From Octopus bimaculoides (lineage: Eukaryota), in the NCBI RefSeq assembly GCF_001194135.2, contig NC_068991.1, positions 52,903,580 to 52,967,579 on the forward strand: a stretch of DNA of 64,000 bases, written 5' to 3'. The notes beneath the pieces are model-generated. The model saw only the letters and a program-made list of their open reading frames with translations. It was not told the origin of the DNA and did not search any database. Below, in pieces: positions 1 to 12,784 of this stretch. The position numbers and the translations under genes are program-made. The stretch's first letter is position 1; each line of letters opens with the position of its first letter.

Positions 1-984
1 AGAAAGTCGATTGGGCTAGTTAACCATTGATTTAATTATGTGGAGATTATATTATATAATTCTCCACTTAATTATAAATATATATATATATTATATCATC
101 ATCATTTAACGTTTGCCTTCCATGCTGGCATGGGTGATACACACACACACACACACACAAATGTATATGCGTGCATGCACAATCAGCTGGAATACTGAGA
201 GATTTAAGATGCTGCAAACATCACAAGTTGGTCAATTAAATGCAAGTCTTTAATCTGTTCATTCTGAACATAAAGTACAGAAATTCATAGCTGTAACTAT
301 GGTTCTGGGATTTTGCAGGAATGTATTGACAATGATTCAGTTAAATGTGTTTATTTAAACACAACTGAAAATTGCAAACAACATTCATGTTAAACAGCAT
401 GCAAACAACATTCATGGCTTACATATAGGCCAAAGGTTGAGCGCAATGTGAAGAAGGTGCAATTCAACAACCACCACACCTCATGTATGAAACTATTACT
501 GACATATGACACCCAACAAGAGTATTTGCAACTTGTTTACAATTAACATTTACTAGTTGGGCGAGATACAACACACTTGTTCTACTGGTTGTCTTACATT
601 CTTTATAATACATGACTTAATTAGTAGAAATGAGGCCATAAGTTAGCAGGAGTGGTAGAATTATATAGGAATAAATACCTGATACTATTTAGTTTTATCC
701 CAGTACATCAAGTATAGGTAAAATACATAGCATATCACTTAAACATAATCTGACTAAAATTCACCAGTAATTTCATTTTCTCTTTCATTATCATATAATT
801 TATATGAATTTTCTTTTGAAATAATTTCATGATTTATTCCATGTCATATACTGTACTCTTTGTACTACATATTGTGTTTCAGAATGATATAGGCGTAATC
901 ATTGTTTTAATCACATAGTTTGAGTGAGCTTCCAGAGAAATTACCATAAAAATTAAATTGCATATCTTCAATTCTAATAATTAG

Positions 985-1410
985 TCTATCCTTTTCTATG
1001 ATTCAGAGACATGGAGAAAGATTAAAAAGAAATTGCAGAAGATACAAACTTGTCTGAGAAGTATTCTTCAAATAAGATAGCCAGATAAGGATAACAAATG
1101 AAGGGCTGTGGAAGAAGAGGGGCAAGTGCCAGTGGGGGAACAAATTCTGAAGAGCAAGAGAAGATGGATAGGTCACTCATTAAGGAAACCAACATCCTAC
1201 ATTATACGTCAAGCCCTGACCTGGAAGCCATAAAAGGAGTTAGCAGCAGCAGAAGAGAGGGCATCTTAAAAACAGATGAAGGCAGGATACTGAGGCAGTG
1301 CTAAAAAAAGAAGGGATCCAACTGGGAAGAAATAGGAAAGACGGCCCAGAGTCAAGAACAGTAGAGAAAAGTCATCAACAGCCAATGGTCGATAGGGAGA
1401 GAAGGGCTTA
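985..1410 (+). mobile_element. RTE-clade LINE 3' remnant
   Basis: Degenerate RT C-terminus recognisable despite stops and frameshifts (CLRSILQIR, WIGH.LRK, IRQALTW, AQSQEQ). Confidence 0.75.
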
Positions 1411-1986
1411 AATAACATTTTTTGTTTTATCTTTCACTTCTTTTGGTCATCAAATCGCAGCCATGCTGGGGCATCAGCTTGAAGAATTTTTAGGTGACTG
1501 AATTGACCCAAGTACTTTTTTTTTAAGCCTAATACTTATTCTATCGGTCTCTTTTGCTGAAATGCTAGATTATGGGGGGTATAAACACACCAACACTGGT
1601 TGCCAAGTAGTGTTGAGGGACAAACACAAACACACACACACACACATATATGATGGGCTTCTTTTGTTTCTGTGAACCAAATCCACTCACAAGGCTTTGG
1701 TTGGCCCGAGGCTACAGTAGGAGACACTTACTTAAGGTACCATACAGTGGGACTGAACCTGGAATCATGTGGTTAAGAAGTAAATTTCTTACCATGCAAC
1801 CATTTTTGTGCCTAGTAGTAAATAATATCGTGTAATGCCTGCTACAAGCAAGCAGTTGTCTATGCACTACATTCTGATATCAGAGTTTCCTTTTATCTAT
1901 TTTTCCAGATTTGATAATTATTGGAGAGTATCGGAAACAATTCAGTTGAGTATATCCTTCTCCAACAAATCTCATTGTAGGGGACA

Positions 1987-2165
1987 TCAAACTGAAGTGC
2001 TGAGTTCCGGTTCTTTCATTTTCCAGTAAATACACATCACATACAAAAACAATCTGTTTGTGTTGGAGACCTCTCTTAAATCATAAATTTTAATGTAATG
2101 TTTCCATTTTAAATTTCCAGATGGTTCCTTTTCTTCTCTGCAAGCATAAATATGATACACTTTGG
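1987..2165 (-). CDS. Possible next or terminal exon of the minus-strand gene (SKVYHIYACREEKEPSGNLKWKHYIKIY...)
   Basis: CTAAT...CATCATAG| acceptor gives a phase-1 join to the 2924 donor. An alternative long frame (RGLQHKQIVFVCDV...) also exists here, so this is uncertain. Confidence 0.35.
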
Positions 2166-2314
2166 CTATGATGATTAGTTTAGCCATTTAATTATTTAAT
2201 CATTGCAAAAAATTTTGAATTAAGGTAAATTTTTTTTCTATTCAAGCAGAGTAGCTAGTTAGAAAATCTCTATAAGAGATGAAAGTAGTAACTATACTGA
2301 GAATTAATGTTATT

Positions 2315-2864
2315 TATCACCACATCAATATGGCTGTTCCATAGGAATCAACATTATTACTGTTTTGAACTCCAGGAGGTACCTCCTCCAGCTGGTTATT
2401 GATGTAATCTGCGTCCGATATATGCTGCAAACAGGGAAGCAAACCCCTACATCTTCTAGCAGACGACAGGATCACTAGAACATACGGTTTTGGGCTATTT
2501 GTGCCCATCCTCAGTAGTGAACACCCATCTGTTAGAGATAGCAGTAATTTACTCCAGCTAGCAATATATAGAAAAATAAGCAACAATCAGTCACTGATTT
2601 TGCAACATGCAAAGCAGCTAAGTAAGAAAACCTCTAAAAGAGCAAATTACTGCTATCTCTAGCGGATGGGTGTTCACCACTGAGAATGGACACAAGTAGT
2701 GCGAAACCATATGGTCTGGTAACCCCATCAGGGATTCACTTCCCCGTTTGCAAAATATATCAGGTGCAGATTGCATTGATAACCAGCTGGAGGAGGCTCC
2801 TCTCAGGGTTAAAAACTGCAGTAATGTTGATTTCTACAGGACAGCCATATTGATGTGGCAATAA
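2315..2864. repeat. Foldback element with about 230-bp inverted arms and about 85-nt spacer
   Basis: CCACATCAATATGGCTGT (2320) pairs with ACAGCCATATTGATGTGG (2841); pairing continues with mismatches to 2554/2638. Confidence 0.85.
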
Positions 2865-2923
2865 TCATTACTTTTTTCTATTCATTTTTGTAATATCACA
2901 GACAGAGCTAAGATTAAACTTAC

Positions 2924-3008
2924 AATTTCTAACAGTCATATTCGATGGAAAGGCATCTTCAGCAAGATATCCCCATTTTGTTAGATCATTTCTGGCTTCT
3001 GTTAAAAT
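2924..3008 (-). CDS. Internal exon of the same unidentified gene (ILTEARNDLTKWGYLAEDAFPSNMTVRN)
   Basis: 85 nt, TTTTTATCATTTAAG| acceptor and perfect |GTAAGT donor. Starts in phase 0, compatible with the 11062 donor. Confidence 0.72.
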
Positions 3009-3179
3009 CTTAAATGATAAAAATACAGAAATACTGTTAATGCACAACTCAAATGTTACCAAATTATATAAAATTACCTAACACTTCTCTTATCATCATC
3101 ATCATTATCACCATAATTTTTTAACATCCACTTATTCTATGCTAACATGGATTGGATGGAATATAAATATCTGTTACCG

Positions 3180-3830
3180 GCAACAATTTTAACTTGACAA
3201 TCAGTATAAAGAAGACCAAAGTAGTGCACCAGCCAGTTCCAGGATGCACTAAACCCAACATCTTCATCAACTGACAACAAGTGAATGCAGCAGACAAGAT
3301 CACTTACTCAGCAAGAATGTGTGAAACAGGAGAGGTATCAATCCTAAGAGTGTACTGAAGCATGATTCTCACCAACAGCTCAATGGTTGCGAAGACAATC
3401 TTCCACTGATTTACAAGGAAGTTAAAATACTTCCATGCCACAGACCTCAAACAGGAGGATGGTATTTTTGACATAGAAGTACTTTTTCATTCTTGATTAC
3501 CCAGCATTCACAAAATCCTGATGCAATCACAGCTGCATTGAGCAGATAACATAGTCCTTATGTCATGTCAGCTTCTAAAGAAACTGTTTAAGGGCAATCT
3601 CTAGAATGATAAATGCTCCCAAGGAGGCCAGAAAAGGTGCTACAAAGACACATTGAAAGCCTCACTGAAGGCCTTCAACATATAAAGAATGGGAGCAAAC
3701 AGTATTGGATAGAAGAGAATGGTGTGCAGCAGTCAGCAAACGCTTTGAGATTTGAAAGGCTAATTGAGTGACTGTTGTCAAGCAACACAGACAGACCAGA
3801 AAAAATAACCCCATTAGTCTGTGCATTCAC
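3180..3830 (+). mobile_element. RTE-BovB-like LINE remnant
   Basis: LTISIKKTKVVHQP and GGQKRCYKDTLKASLKAFN motifs with many stops. Confidence 0.7.
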
Positions 3831-4162
3831 AAGTCTGTATCCCTTGGTGCAGAAGTGTCTCAGTGAGATGACAAGTGATATCTTGCAAGATAAATCCTGT
3901 TTTGCTCAGTTTCTAATACAGCATGTTGTTAGTGACTATAGGTTTTAGCCCTTAAGCAGGAATGGCAAATGGCAGATTTCATTGCAAGGTTAGAAACAGT
4001 TGTCTACATATATTTAATACTTGATGAGACTCTTCTGCACCAAGTGATGCACCACAACCAGTTGTACAGTATCTCATCCATGTGGGTCAATGCAAGATGG
4101 GTTGAAACAATTGTTATGAGCAATAAAGTTTCTTGTATATTCCATTTTCCATCTCTATCATT

Positions 4163-4194
<32 letters not shown>

Positions 4195-4635
4195 NNNNNN
4201 NNNNNNNNNNNNNNNNNNNNNNNNNNNNNNNNNNNNNNNNNNNNNNNNNNNNNNNNNNNNNNNNNNNNNNNNNNNNNNNNNNNNNNNNNNNNNNNNNNNN
4301 NNNNNNNNNNNNNNNNNNNNNNNNNNNNNNNNNNNNNNNNNNNNNNNNNNNNNNNNNNNNNNNNNNNNNNNNNNNNNNNNNNNNNNNNNNNNNNNNNNNN
4401 NNNNNNNNNNNNNNNNNNNNNNNNNNNNNNNNNNNNNNNNNNNNNNNNNNNNNNNNNNNNNNNNNNNNNNNNNNNNNNNNNNNNNNNNNNNNNNNNNNNN
4501 NNNNNNNNNNNNNNNNNNNNNNNNNNNNNNNNNNNNNNNNNNNNNNNNNNNNNNNNNNNNNNNNNNNNNNNNNNNNNNNNNNNNNNNNNNNNNNNNNNTT
4601 GTAAAGTTGAATATATATATATCTATATATATATA

Positions 4636-6815
4636 ATGAACAAGCAAGAAAAAACAACAACGCGAGGACGTGGAATAAGTACAGTGTTATTGGATGCTCA
4701 GGAAAGGAAAGAAATGAAAGAGGATTTCACATTTCGAGCGGAGCTCTTCATCAGAAATATAGAAAAAGTCCAAAGAAGGGAAGACGAAGAAAATCGCCAA
4801 CAATACACACGCAGTCACATATTGAAATGACCGGAAGGGAATGGGTGAAGAAAAAGTTCTAAGACAGGAGGGTGCAAGAGGAGGTATGTGTGGGTATGTG
4901 CGTGCACGCAGGTCTGTGTGGGTATGTGCGTGCACGCAGGTCTGTGTGTGTGTGTGTGTATATATAGGTGTGGTGTGTGTATATAGGTGTGTGTGTCTGT
5001 GTGTGTGTAGGGTTGTGTGGGTTAGGTATCTGTGCATTCCTGTGTGTGCGTTCGTGTACGTGTGTGTGCACATGGGTGTATGCGGGTGGGTGTGTATGTA
5101 TGTGTATGCATATGTGTGTGAACGTGTACATGTGCATGTGTGTATGTGTATGGAAGTATGTGTGTGTATATGTGCATGTATATGTGTATGTGTGCATGGG
5201 TGCGTGTATTTTTTCATGTGTGTGGATATGTGTGCATGTGTGCGTGTATATAGAAATAAAAATTATAATAAATTAAGGTTGAAAGAGGATAAAGAAGTTA
5301 ATACAATACAAAATAGCGCAATTAAAAACAAAAAGTGAGAAATGAAATAAGGTTGCTTTGTTGCAGGAGGTGTAGAGGCAGACAATAGGAGGAGGGGGTT
5401 GTGTTTAGTCCGAAGAGGATAGTTGTTTGTAGATTAAAAATATAACGCTGTTCCAGGCGGAGCTGTGTGTTGATCTGTGGTGTAGAGCAAGGCCAAAGAC
5501 AGAGATGTAAGAGGGGGAGTGGTTGGCCAAGCAGAAGTGACAGGCGATGGGGTGTTTGAACGTAGCCAAACATCCCTTAGATGTTCGGTGAACCGGTCGG
5601 CCAGTTGGCAGCCCATCTGACCTATGTATAGTTTACCAGAGAGGCTGCATCTAATATAGTATATGAAGCTAGAAGAGGTGCAAGGGAAGGAATTTGTGAT
5701 ACAAAGAGTGTGCTGATTGGAACCAGTGAGAGAAGTAGTGTTGGCGATGAAGAGGCAGGTGTGACAGTGGGATCTGGAGCATGGGAAGGATCCGGGTGGG
5801 GCTGGGGGGAAGAGAAGGTGCTATGGATCAGAAGATTGCATAGGTTCCAGGTGCATTTAAAGGAGGACAAGAGTGGGTTGGAGAAAATGGGGTGGGTGGT
5901 GGGATCGAGCTGGAGACAAAGGAAAGCCCGTAGGCTCCTCTGACGAAGGAGTAGGGTGGAGGGGTAGAAAAGGAGGGGAAAGGGGGTGTGGAGAAGGAGA
6001 GAGGGCGGTGGTGTGATAGATTTGACAAGCACAGACAAGGGCGGTTTGGACAAGGGTTGATGGGTATCCTCAATGCATGAACAGGTGGGCAAGGTACTGG
6101 GACTAAGTTTCAAAATCCTGGTCCTGGTTGCACAAGCGTCGGAGGCAGAGGAACTGGGAGTAGGGGATGGCCTGTTTAGTGTGGAAGGGATGGGAGGAGG
6201 AGGAGTTGAGGTAAAGGTTGGAATCTATGGGTTTGAAGAAGGTGGAGGCAGTGAGAGAGTGGGAGGTGTGGTCAATGGTAAGAGTGATATCAAGGAAGTT
6301 AACCGAGGTGTTAGAGATAGTAGAAGTGAATTGGAGAGAAGAGTGGACGTTAGAGAGGAAAGTGATGAAGTGGCAGAGTTGTTCACGGGAGAGGGCGGTG
6401 GCACCTATACAGTCATCTATGTAGCTCTGGGGTCGGCCCGGATAATTGGGAAAATACTTGGGCCTCAATGTGACCAACAAAGAGGTTGGTGAAATTGGGG
6501 CCCATTCTCGTTCCCATCACGACCCCAGACACTGTTGGTAGGTTTCCCCGGCAAACTTAAAGCAGTTGAGAGTGAGGATGAGCTCTGCCAAGCGAAGAAG
6601 GGTGGAGGTGCTGGGTGTGGGGTCAGGGAGACGGTCAAGGAAGTATTGGAGGGCTAAGAGACCATTGTTGTGGGGAATCACTGTGTATAGGGATTGTTTT
6701 TATGTGGCACTAGCATTGGTGAGGTTGCCAAGTAAATTGCAACTGGAACGGTATAGTATTAAAGGAGATGATTTATGCCAGGAGATGAAAGGTTAAAGAA
6801 TGACAGAGGAATGCA
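4636..6815 (-). mobile_element. Penelope-like retroelement, 5'-truncated and frameshifted: RT, GIY-YIG endonuclease, 3' terminal repeat
   Basis: Minus-strand SLYTVIPH, MGTRMGPNFTNLFVG, YIDD, VNFLDITL, YLNSSSSHP, IPYSQFLCLRRLC (RT); LADRFTEHLRD and RLEQRYIFNLQT...GLN (GIY-YIG). Confidence 0.92.
4722..4760 (-). ncRNA. Decayed hammerhead motif in the Penelope terminus
   Basis: AUUU-CUGAUGA-A-GAGC-ucc-GCUC-GAAAU-GUG-AAAU. The cleavage triplet has become GUG, which is not an NUH site. Confidence 0.6.
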
Positions 6816-8549
6816 AAGTTGACACCACTGACATCAGCAGACATCTGCAGTTGAATATGACAGATGAATCAAACTAATCATTTTCACTGACTGACATATC
6901 TTTCCATGATAGAACTTCTTTCTATTCCCTTTTCTATTCATCTCGGTAACAGTTAGCCTTCTCTCTCTTCCAAGCATACACATATCATGTGCTCTTTCCT
7001 CACTTTTCATATAAAAGTTTAAAACACAGATGCTTTTATCTTCAATTTTCATTTGTTAAATTTTATTTTGAGTCACCTTCTGTGAGAGCTTTTTAGTTCT
7101 TCTTCATCATGTTAGAGTCCACTTTTGCATTTTCTATATTTGCACAGGTCAATTACAAAGGTAGGGCCCTTCCTGCCACCAACCTTCACCTATTTCCAAG
7201 CAAGGTAATATTTTCCCATGACCAGAAATTGGAAATGAATGCAGAATATTGAAAATGAATGACACTGTTGGTGCAACAAGGAGACTCAAATCTCAATTAT
7301 TGTGTAGTATGAAGACAAGGATACACACACACACACACACACACACACATGCATGCACGCGCATGTACGCACACACATTCACTCACACACGTATACACAC
7401 ATACACACACACATACATACACACATCACAGTCTTCTTTAATCTTCCATAAACCAAATCCACTCGCAAGGCTTTGTTCAACACTTCCTGCAATAGCTCCA
7501 TATCTATTTCTCAATCATGACTGCTGCATTTCTTCTATTCATAAAAAATACACATCATCTTGACACTCAAATTCTAATAATCCTTCATCCACTTTGGAAC
7601 AGCCAATTCTCTAAAGAGCCAAAATTCAACTTATAGACTGAATTTCCTCTTCACTTAAAAAATATATCAGCTCTAAACAGCTGCTAACACTTCAAATAAG
7701 TCCACTTCACACTGAAGTACTGCTTACATAAGACACCAAGACATTCTAAATTCCCTTAAACATTGTACATAGTAAATGTTTAAAGGAATTTAGTGACACA
7801 TTAAAGAGTACTCAGTACACTCTATGGAGTGGTTGGCATTAGGAAGGGCATCTAGTTGTAGAGATCAAGTGAAAACAGACGGGAGCCTGGTGCAGCTATC
7901 TGGTTTACCAGTTCCAGTCAAACCGTTTAACCCATACCATGATCTTTGGAGAAAGTCAGAAGCAGACGGAAGAAAGAATTGAAAGCGTCTTTAATAAAAG
8001 CTGATGAGTTGAGGGGTTTTGTCTTGCAAGTTACTTGATGACCTCACAAGTGCCAGTGCCAATGTAAAAAAAAAAAACATCCAATATACTCTGTGAAGTG
8101 ACTGGTATTACAAAAAGCATTCGACCATAGAAACCATGACAAAGACGACATCAACCATGATGCAGTTCTCTGGCCCAACAAATCCTGTTGAGCTGTCCAG
8201 CCCATGCCAGCATGGAAAGCATACATTATATGGTGATGATAATGATGGTTGTGGTGGTTGTGGTGATGCTGCTGCAGATGATGATGGTGGGGATGGGGAT
8301 GATGATGACAGTGGCGACACTGGTGCATGCTGGTGACAAAGTTTCCTTTCCATGTGTGTATCATAAGAATATTTGACCAGAATACCTGTCGAATATTTAC
8401 TTTTTCATTATATTGAATGAATCAGATTTTTATTTCATTATAGTTTCCTTAGACTAATGGATCCCATTTGAAGCAAGATCTCTAGTGAATCTAGTTCTCA
8501 GACCTTGCTAGTTCCAAAAGTTGTACACAATATCTAACAAGTATTTGTC

Positions 8550-8772
8550 TTATTAAACCCTGATAACTCTGTCAGATGTAATCCTTATTTATTCCTTTTG
8601 TTTTGAATTAATCATGCATTATCTCATAGCTACAAGATTTTGATAATGTGATTGTTTATTTTTAGAATGACACTGCAGGGTAGGTTAGAAAGAGCAGATC
8701 TTGTTGGGTTTCAACATAACACAGACAGAATATTTGGGCCAGATATGGCCAGTTTAAATGTTAAAGGGTTAA
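8550..8772. mobile_element. piggyBac-like MITE (CCC...GGG, TTAA); relatives at about 42310-42535 and 63735-63930
   Basis: AAAGGGTTAA end at about 8770; TTAACCCTTT start at about 63736; 42310-42535 is reverse-homologous to this copy. Confidence 0.55.
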
Positions 8773-9177
8773 AAGCATAATGAGAATGATAGGTCATAAA
8801 TGAGCTGATGGAGAGGGTTATAAGCTTTCATAATTCTGGATGTATGCCCATAAACAGGGATACGTTGAATAACTAACAAGAAAATTTAGCTCAGTGACAA
8901 CACAGAAATATTTTTAAATATTCATTGTGGATCTTCAGTCCAGTCAGTCATAAATCCTAAATCTACCAATCAAATTTGTATTTCTATCTTTTACCTTTTA
9001 CCCTTTTACTTGTTACAGTCACTTGACTGGTCATGCTGGGGCACTGCCTTGAAGAATTTTAGTTTAACATGTTGAATCCTAGTATGTTTTATTTTTATGT
9101 CTGGTACTTACTCTATTCCATTTTTTTTTTCTGAACCATTAAGTAGGAATATAAACAAACCAACACTGATTGTCAAG

Positions 9178-9231
<54 letters not shown>

Positions 9232-9554
9232 NNNNNNNNNNNNNNNNNNNNNNNNNNNNNNNNNNNNNNNNNNNNNNNNNNNNNNNNNNNNNNNNNNNNN
9301 NNNNNNNNNNNNNNNNNNNNNNNNNNNNNNNNNNNNNNNNNNNNNNNNNNNNNNTATATATATATATATATATATATATCATCATCATCATCGTTTAATG
9401 TCCGCTTTCCATGCTAGCATGGGTTGGACGATTTGACTGAGGACTGGTGAAACCAGATGGCTACACCAGGCTCCAATCTGATTTGGCAGGGTTTCTACAG
9501 ATATATATATATATATATATAACATGATTACACACACAGATATATTATCATCAT

Positions 9555-9886
9555 CATCATCATTTAATGTCTGTTTTCCATGCTGGCAAGGGTTGGACTG
9601 TTTAACAGGAGCTGGCTAGGTAGATGACTGCACCAGCCATCACTATCTGTTTCAGCAGGGTTTTTACAGCTGGTTGCCCTTCCTGACACCAACCACCTTA
9701 CAGAGAGGACTGGATGCTTTTTACATGGCACCAACATTAGCAGGGTCACCAAGTCACTTATAACACAAAGATCCTTTGAGAGGGGGTGCATTGAAGGAGG
9801 TTGCTTTGTGCCAGGTGATGACAGGTTAGAGTGTAACATTGGGACAGAAACAGGTGTTTTGCTGTAGAGGAGATAACAGAGTTACC

Positions 9887-9917
<31 letters not shown>

Positions 9918-10600
9918 ATCAAGAAGGAGAGAGTGGAAGAGAACAAGAAGATGAGAGTGCAAGACAGAGTGAGAGAGATGGTGACGAAGTGTCAGGGCAT
10001 ACCCTCAAGGTATGGAGATGAAAATATAAATGCGATGGTAGAGTATTGCCAAGAATACATGAAAAGGGAGTAGGACTTCACATGAATGCAAAGAGCAGAA
10101 GTGGGTGGGATGCAGTGACTGGTGAAACCTGAATATATAGAGGAGGTGGAGGACAACAGGATAACAATGATACAGTGAGCAGGGCGGTGAGAACAGGATT
10201 GGAAAGCAGGAGATAAGCATAAGCATAGTGCATGAAAATGAGAAAATGTGAGGAACAGAAGAGGAGATGTAGTTTGGTTTGTTGGGGTAGGGTGTATGAA
10301 AAAATTTATTATTACATATGGGTGGAACACCCAGTTTCAGGTCTTTTCAAGATCCTCATATTGCCATTGGTCCATTGTCATCTCCATGAAGTCCAACATC
10401 CTGAGATCGGTCATCACTATTTCATCCCATGTCTTCCTAGGTCTCCCTTGTCTACTAGTGCCATCCACTTTAAGCAATCAGCACTTCTTAAAACTGTCTT
10501 CATTCATATGATTCACATGTCCAAACCAATGTAGTCTTCTCCATTGCTGCATTCAGAGCCCATGTCTCATTACCATGGAGTATAGCCATTCATACACAAA
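9555..10600 (-). mobile_element. RTE LINE 3' remnant with (CAT)n tail
   Basis: RRLHWFGHV and GRPRKTWDE on the minus strand near 10340-10560; RTE-type tail at 9555-9760. Confidence 0.7.
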
Positions 10601-11061
10601 CATCATACAATTTGCCTTTCACTCAGAGTCATTTTGTTGCCAAAAGAAGTAATAGTCCTCTGAACTTTCTCCATCTTATTCTTATTCTAGCAATAATATT
10701 TTCAGAACATCCTCCACCACTGCTGGCTGATTGGCAGACTGGATAGATGGAAGGCTGGATGGATGGATGGACGAATGTATAGTTTCCATCTACCAAATTC
10801 ATTCACAAGACATTAGTTGTCCCATGTCTACTGTAGAAGATAACATGCCCAAGGTGCTGCACAGTGGGATTGAACCTGACAGTACATGACTGCAATGTAA
10901 GCTTTTTAACTATACAGCTATAACTGTGCTTATTAAGGACATAAGAAACAAAGCAGATATCAATTGTTTTAAATAGCAAATATTTTGGTTTCTACACTAA
11001 TTAGATTGGTTTAGAAAGTGAGACAATAAGTCAAGAATTACAAAAGTTTATGATTGATTAC

Positions 11062-11180
11062 CTTGAAAATTTCTTCCAATGTACTTTTGGTAAACTTGTA
11101 TTGATTAACTGTATTCATCTGTAACAGGTGGTTTATAGCTTCTTTTTGTAGACTGCGTTGATAACGGAATAACTTTTGAT
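11062..11180 (-). CDS. Internal exon of an unidentified minus-strand gene ((D)QKLFRYQRSLQKEAINHLLQMNTVNQYKFTKSTLEEIFK)
   Basis: 119 nt, TAAATAG| acceptor and AAG|GTAATC donor, open frame, phase 1 to phase 0, non-repetitive sequence. Confidence 0.7.
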
Positions 11181-11705
11181 CTATTTAATCATTAAGGAAT
11201 AATTTTGAAACAACATCACCAAAATGAAAAAAAAAAAAGGATTTTCACAATATTTACAATCAAAACTGTGTTGACAAGAATAGAAAATGATCTGTTAGCA
11301 AGAATCAGAATAACAAAAACCTGAAGAAATAAGTCTATGCCAACACATACACACAGACATACGTATACACATGACAGGTAAAGGCATGGCTCCATAATTG
11401 AGAAGTTGCATTGAAACCATGTTGTTTCAGGCACAGTCCCCACTTATGCAAGTTTCATCCACTATATCAGTAGGCCAACCAATGCTTTGTGAGAGGATTG
11501 GATAGACAGGAATTGCTTCCCATTCTGACATTTTTTTGTATGTTGGACAACATGCTCCGCTTCATAGACCACAGCTTCTGTGTGGAATTGATCATTCATT
11601 GAGCACTTAAGAATCAAAAAGAGGTGCAATGTTATAACAATAAACAGCTATATCTATAAGCGGTACAAAATCAAAAGGAAGTTACTACAACAGTCTTGAT
11701 CATAC

Positions 11706-11773
11706 CTGTATGGAAGTAGACAGTGCAAGCTTTCTTTGGCAGAAGGTGAGTCATTCTAAAAAATTCATTCAAC
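11706..11773 (-). CDS. Candidate exon of the same gene (LNEFFRMTHLLPKKACTVYFHT); 5' boundary uncertain (11773, 11805 or 11810)
   Basis: CAG|GTATGA donor in phase 1 joins the 11180 exon to form GAT (Asp). Several possible AG acceptors. Confidence 0.5.
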
Positions 11774-12784
11774 CTGAACACTCCCAAAAAGCAAAATTTT
11801 GGATACTGCCCTCATGAATGGAAATATGTTTCGGTAATGTGATCATGTCCTTTTTTGGACTAGAAACCAACATATACACATAAACACAGCTTACACACTT
11901 CAGTCAAAGTGAAAACCAAACCATGAGAAACAACTCTTCTTTTTCACCCAGAAAAATGTTTAAAATTCTTTTCACTATGTTCCATTTCTTTTTACCAACA
12001 CTGAGCCACTCATTAGAAGCTATGTACTTCCATCCAGTATGTTTGAAGTCATCAAGATTGCTTTATTACAATAGTTAGTGCAAAATCAACAGGAAAATTC
12101 TGAGCAGTTATATATCATATAGATAGCAAAGTAAAAAGGTTAGTTCATTCCCGAGTCATATAGACTCATAGAGCTGGTTTCCTGGTTTCCATGGCATATA
12201 TATTCCCCACATGAACAGGATGCCAGCCTGTTGCAGAAATACTCGTTTTTGCCAGCTGAGTGGTCTGGAGCAATGTGAAATGAAGTGTTTTGCTTAAGAA
12301 CACAACGCATTGCCTGGTCCAGATTTTAAATGACAATAATGAAGATACAGAGTGAGTCAAGGGTCAAGAGTTTACATTTAATTTATGCAGATCACCTTGA
12401 TCATGTGTTCTACAGTTTTTGGACATGTTGAGGTCCCTTGGTTACTGGAGATAAGGTCAGACAATTGTCAGGCTGACAAAGACTATTGAGGCTGAATGTC
12501 CTCTTATCTCCAGACAATAAGCCTGTCCTTTTCCTTAATGACATGTCAACCTTGGAGAATTTTTGTTTCTTTTGATTATCTTCCCTCCTCAAGTGGAGCT
12601 GACCTTAACTGCCATTTGGCAATTATGACACACCCTCTAGATGTGGAGATGATTTCAAGAAATAAAGAATATGCTGTACAGTATTTGATATATCTGTATC
12701 TATCTACATTGTTTGAATACATGCCACTGGCTACCCTGAATTATTTCTCTTAGCTCATATGCATTTAATACACATATATGCACA

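Noticed and set aside
2317-2586. 89-aa minus-strand ORF
   Set aside because: Lies in one arm of a foldback repeat; no protein motif.
4687-5338. His/Thr- and Cys/Val-rich ORFs (also 7249-7563, 19506-19828, 25855-26230)
   Set aside because: Translations of CA/TG microsatellite tracts.
5938-5960. CTGACGAAG on the plus strand
   Set aside because: No stem II or GAAA follows; chance match within the antisense of the Penelope element.
11812-11859. In-frame TGA after a TTCTAG acceptor, suggesting selenocysteine (…YFHS*GQYPKFC…)
   Set aside because: No selenoprotein motif or SECIS recognised; downstream AG acceptors explain the exon without readthrough.
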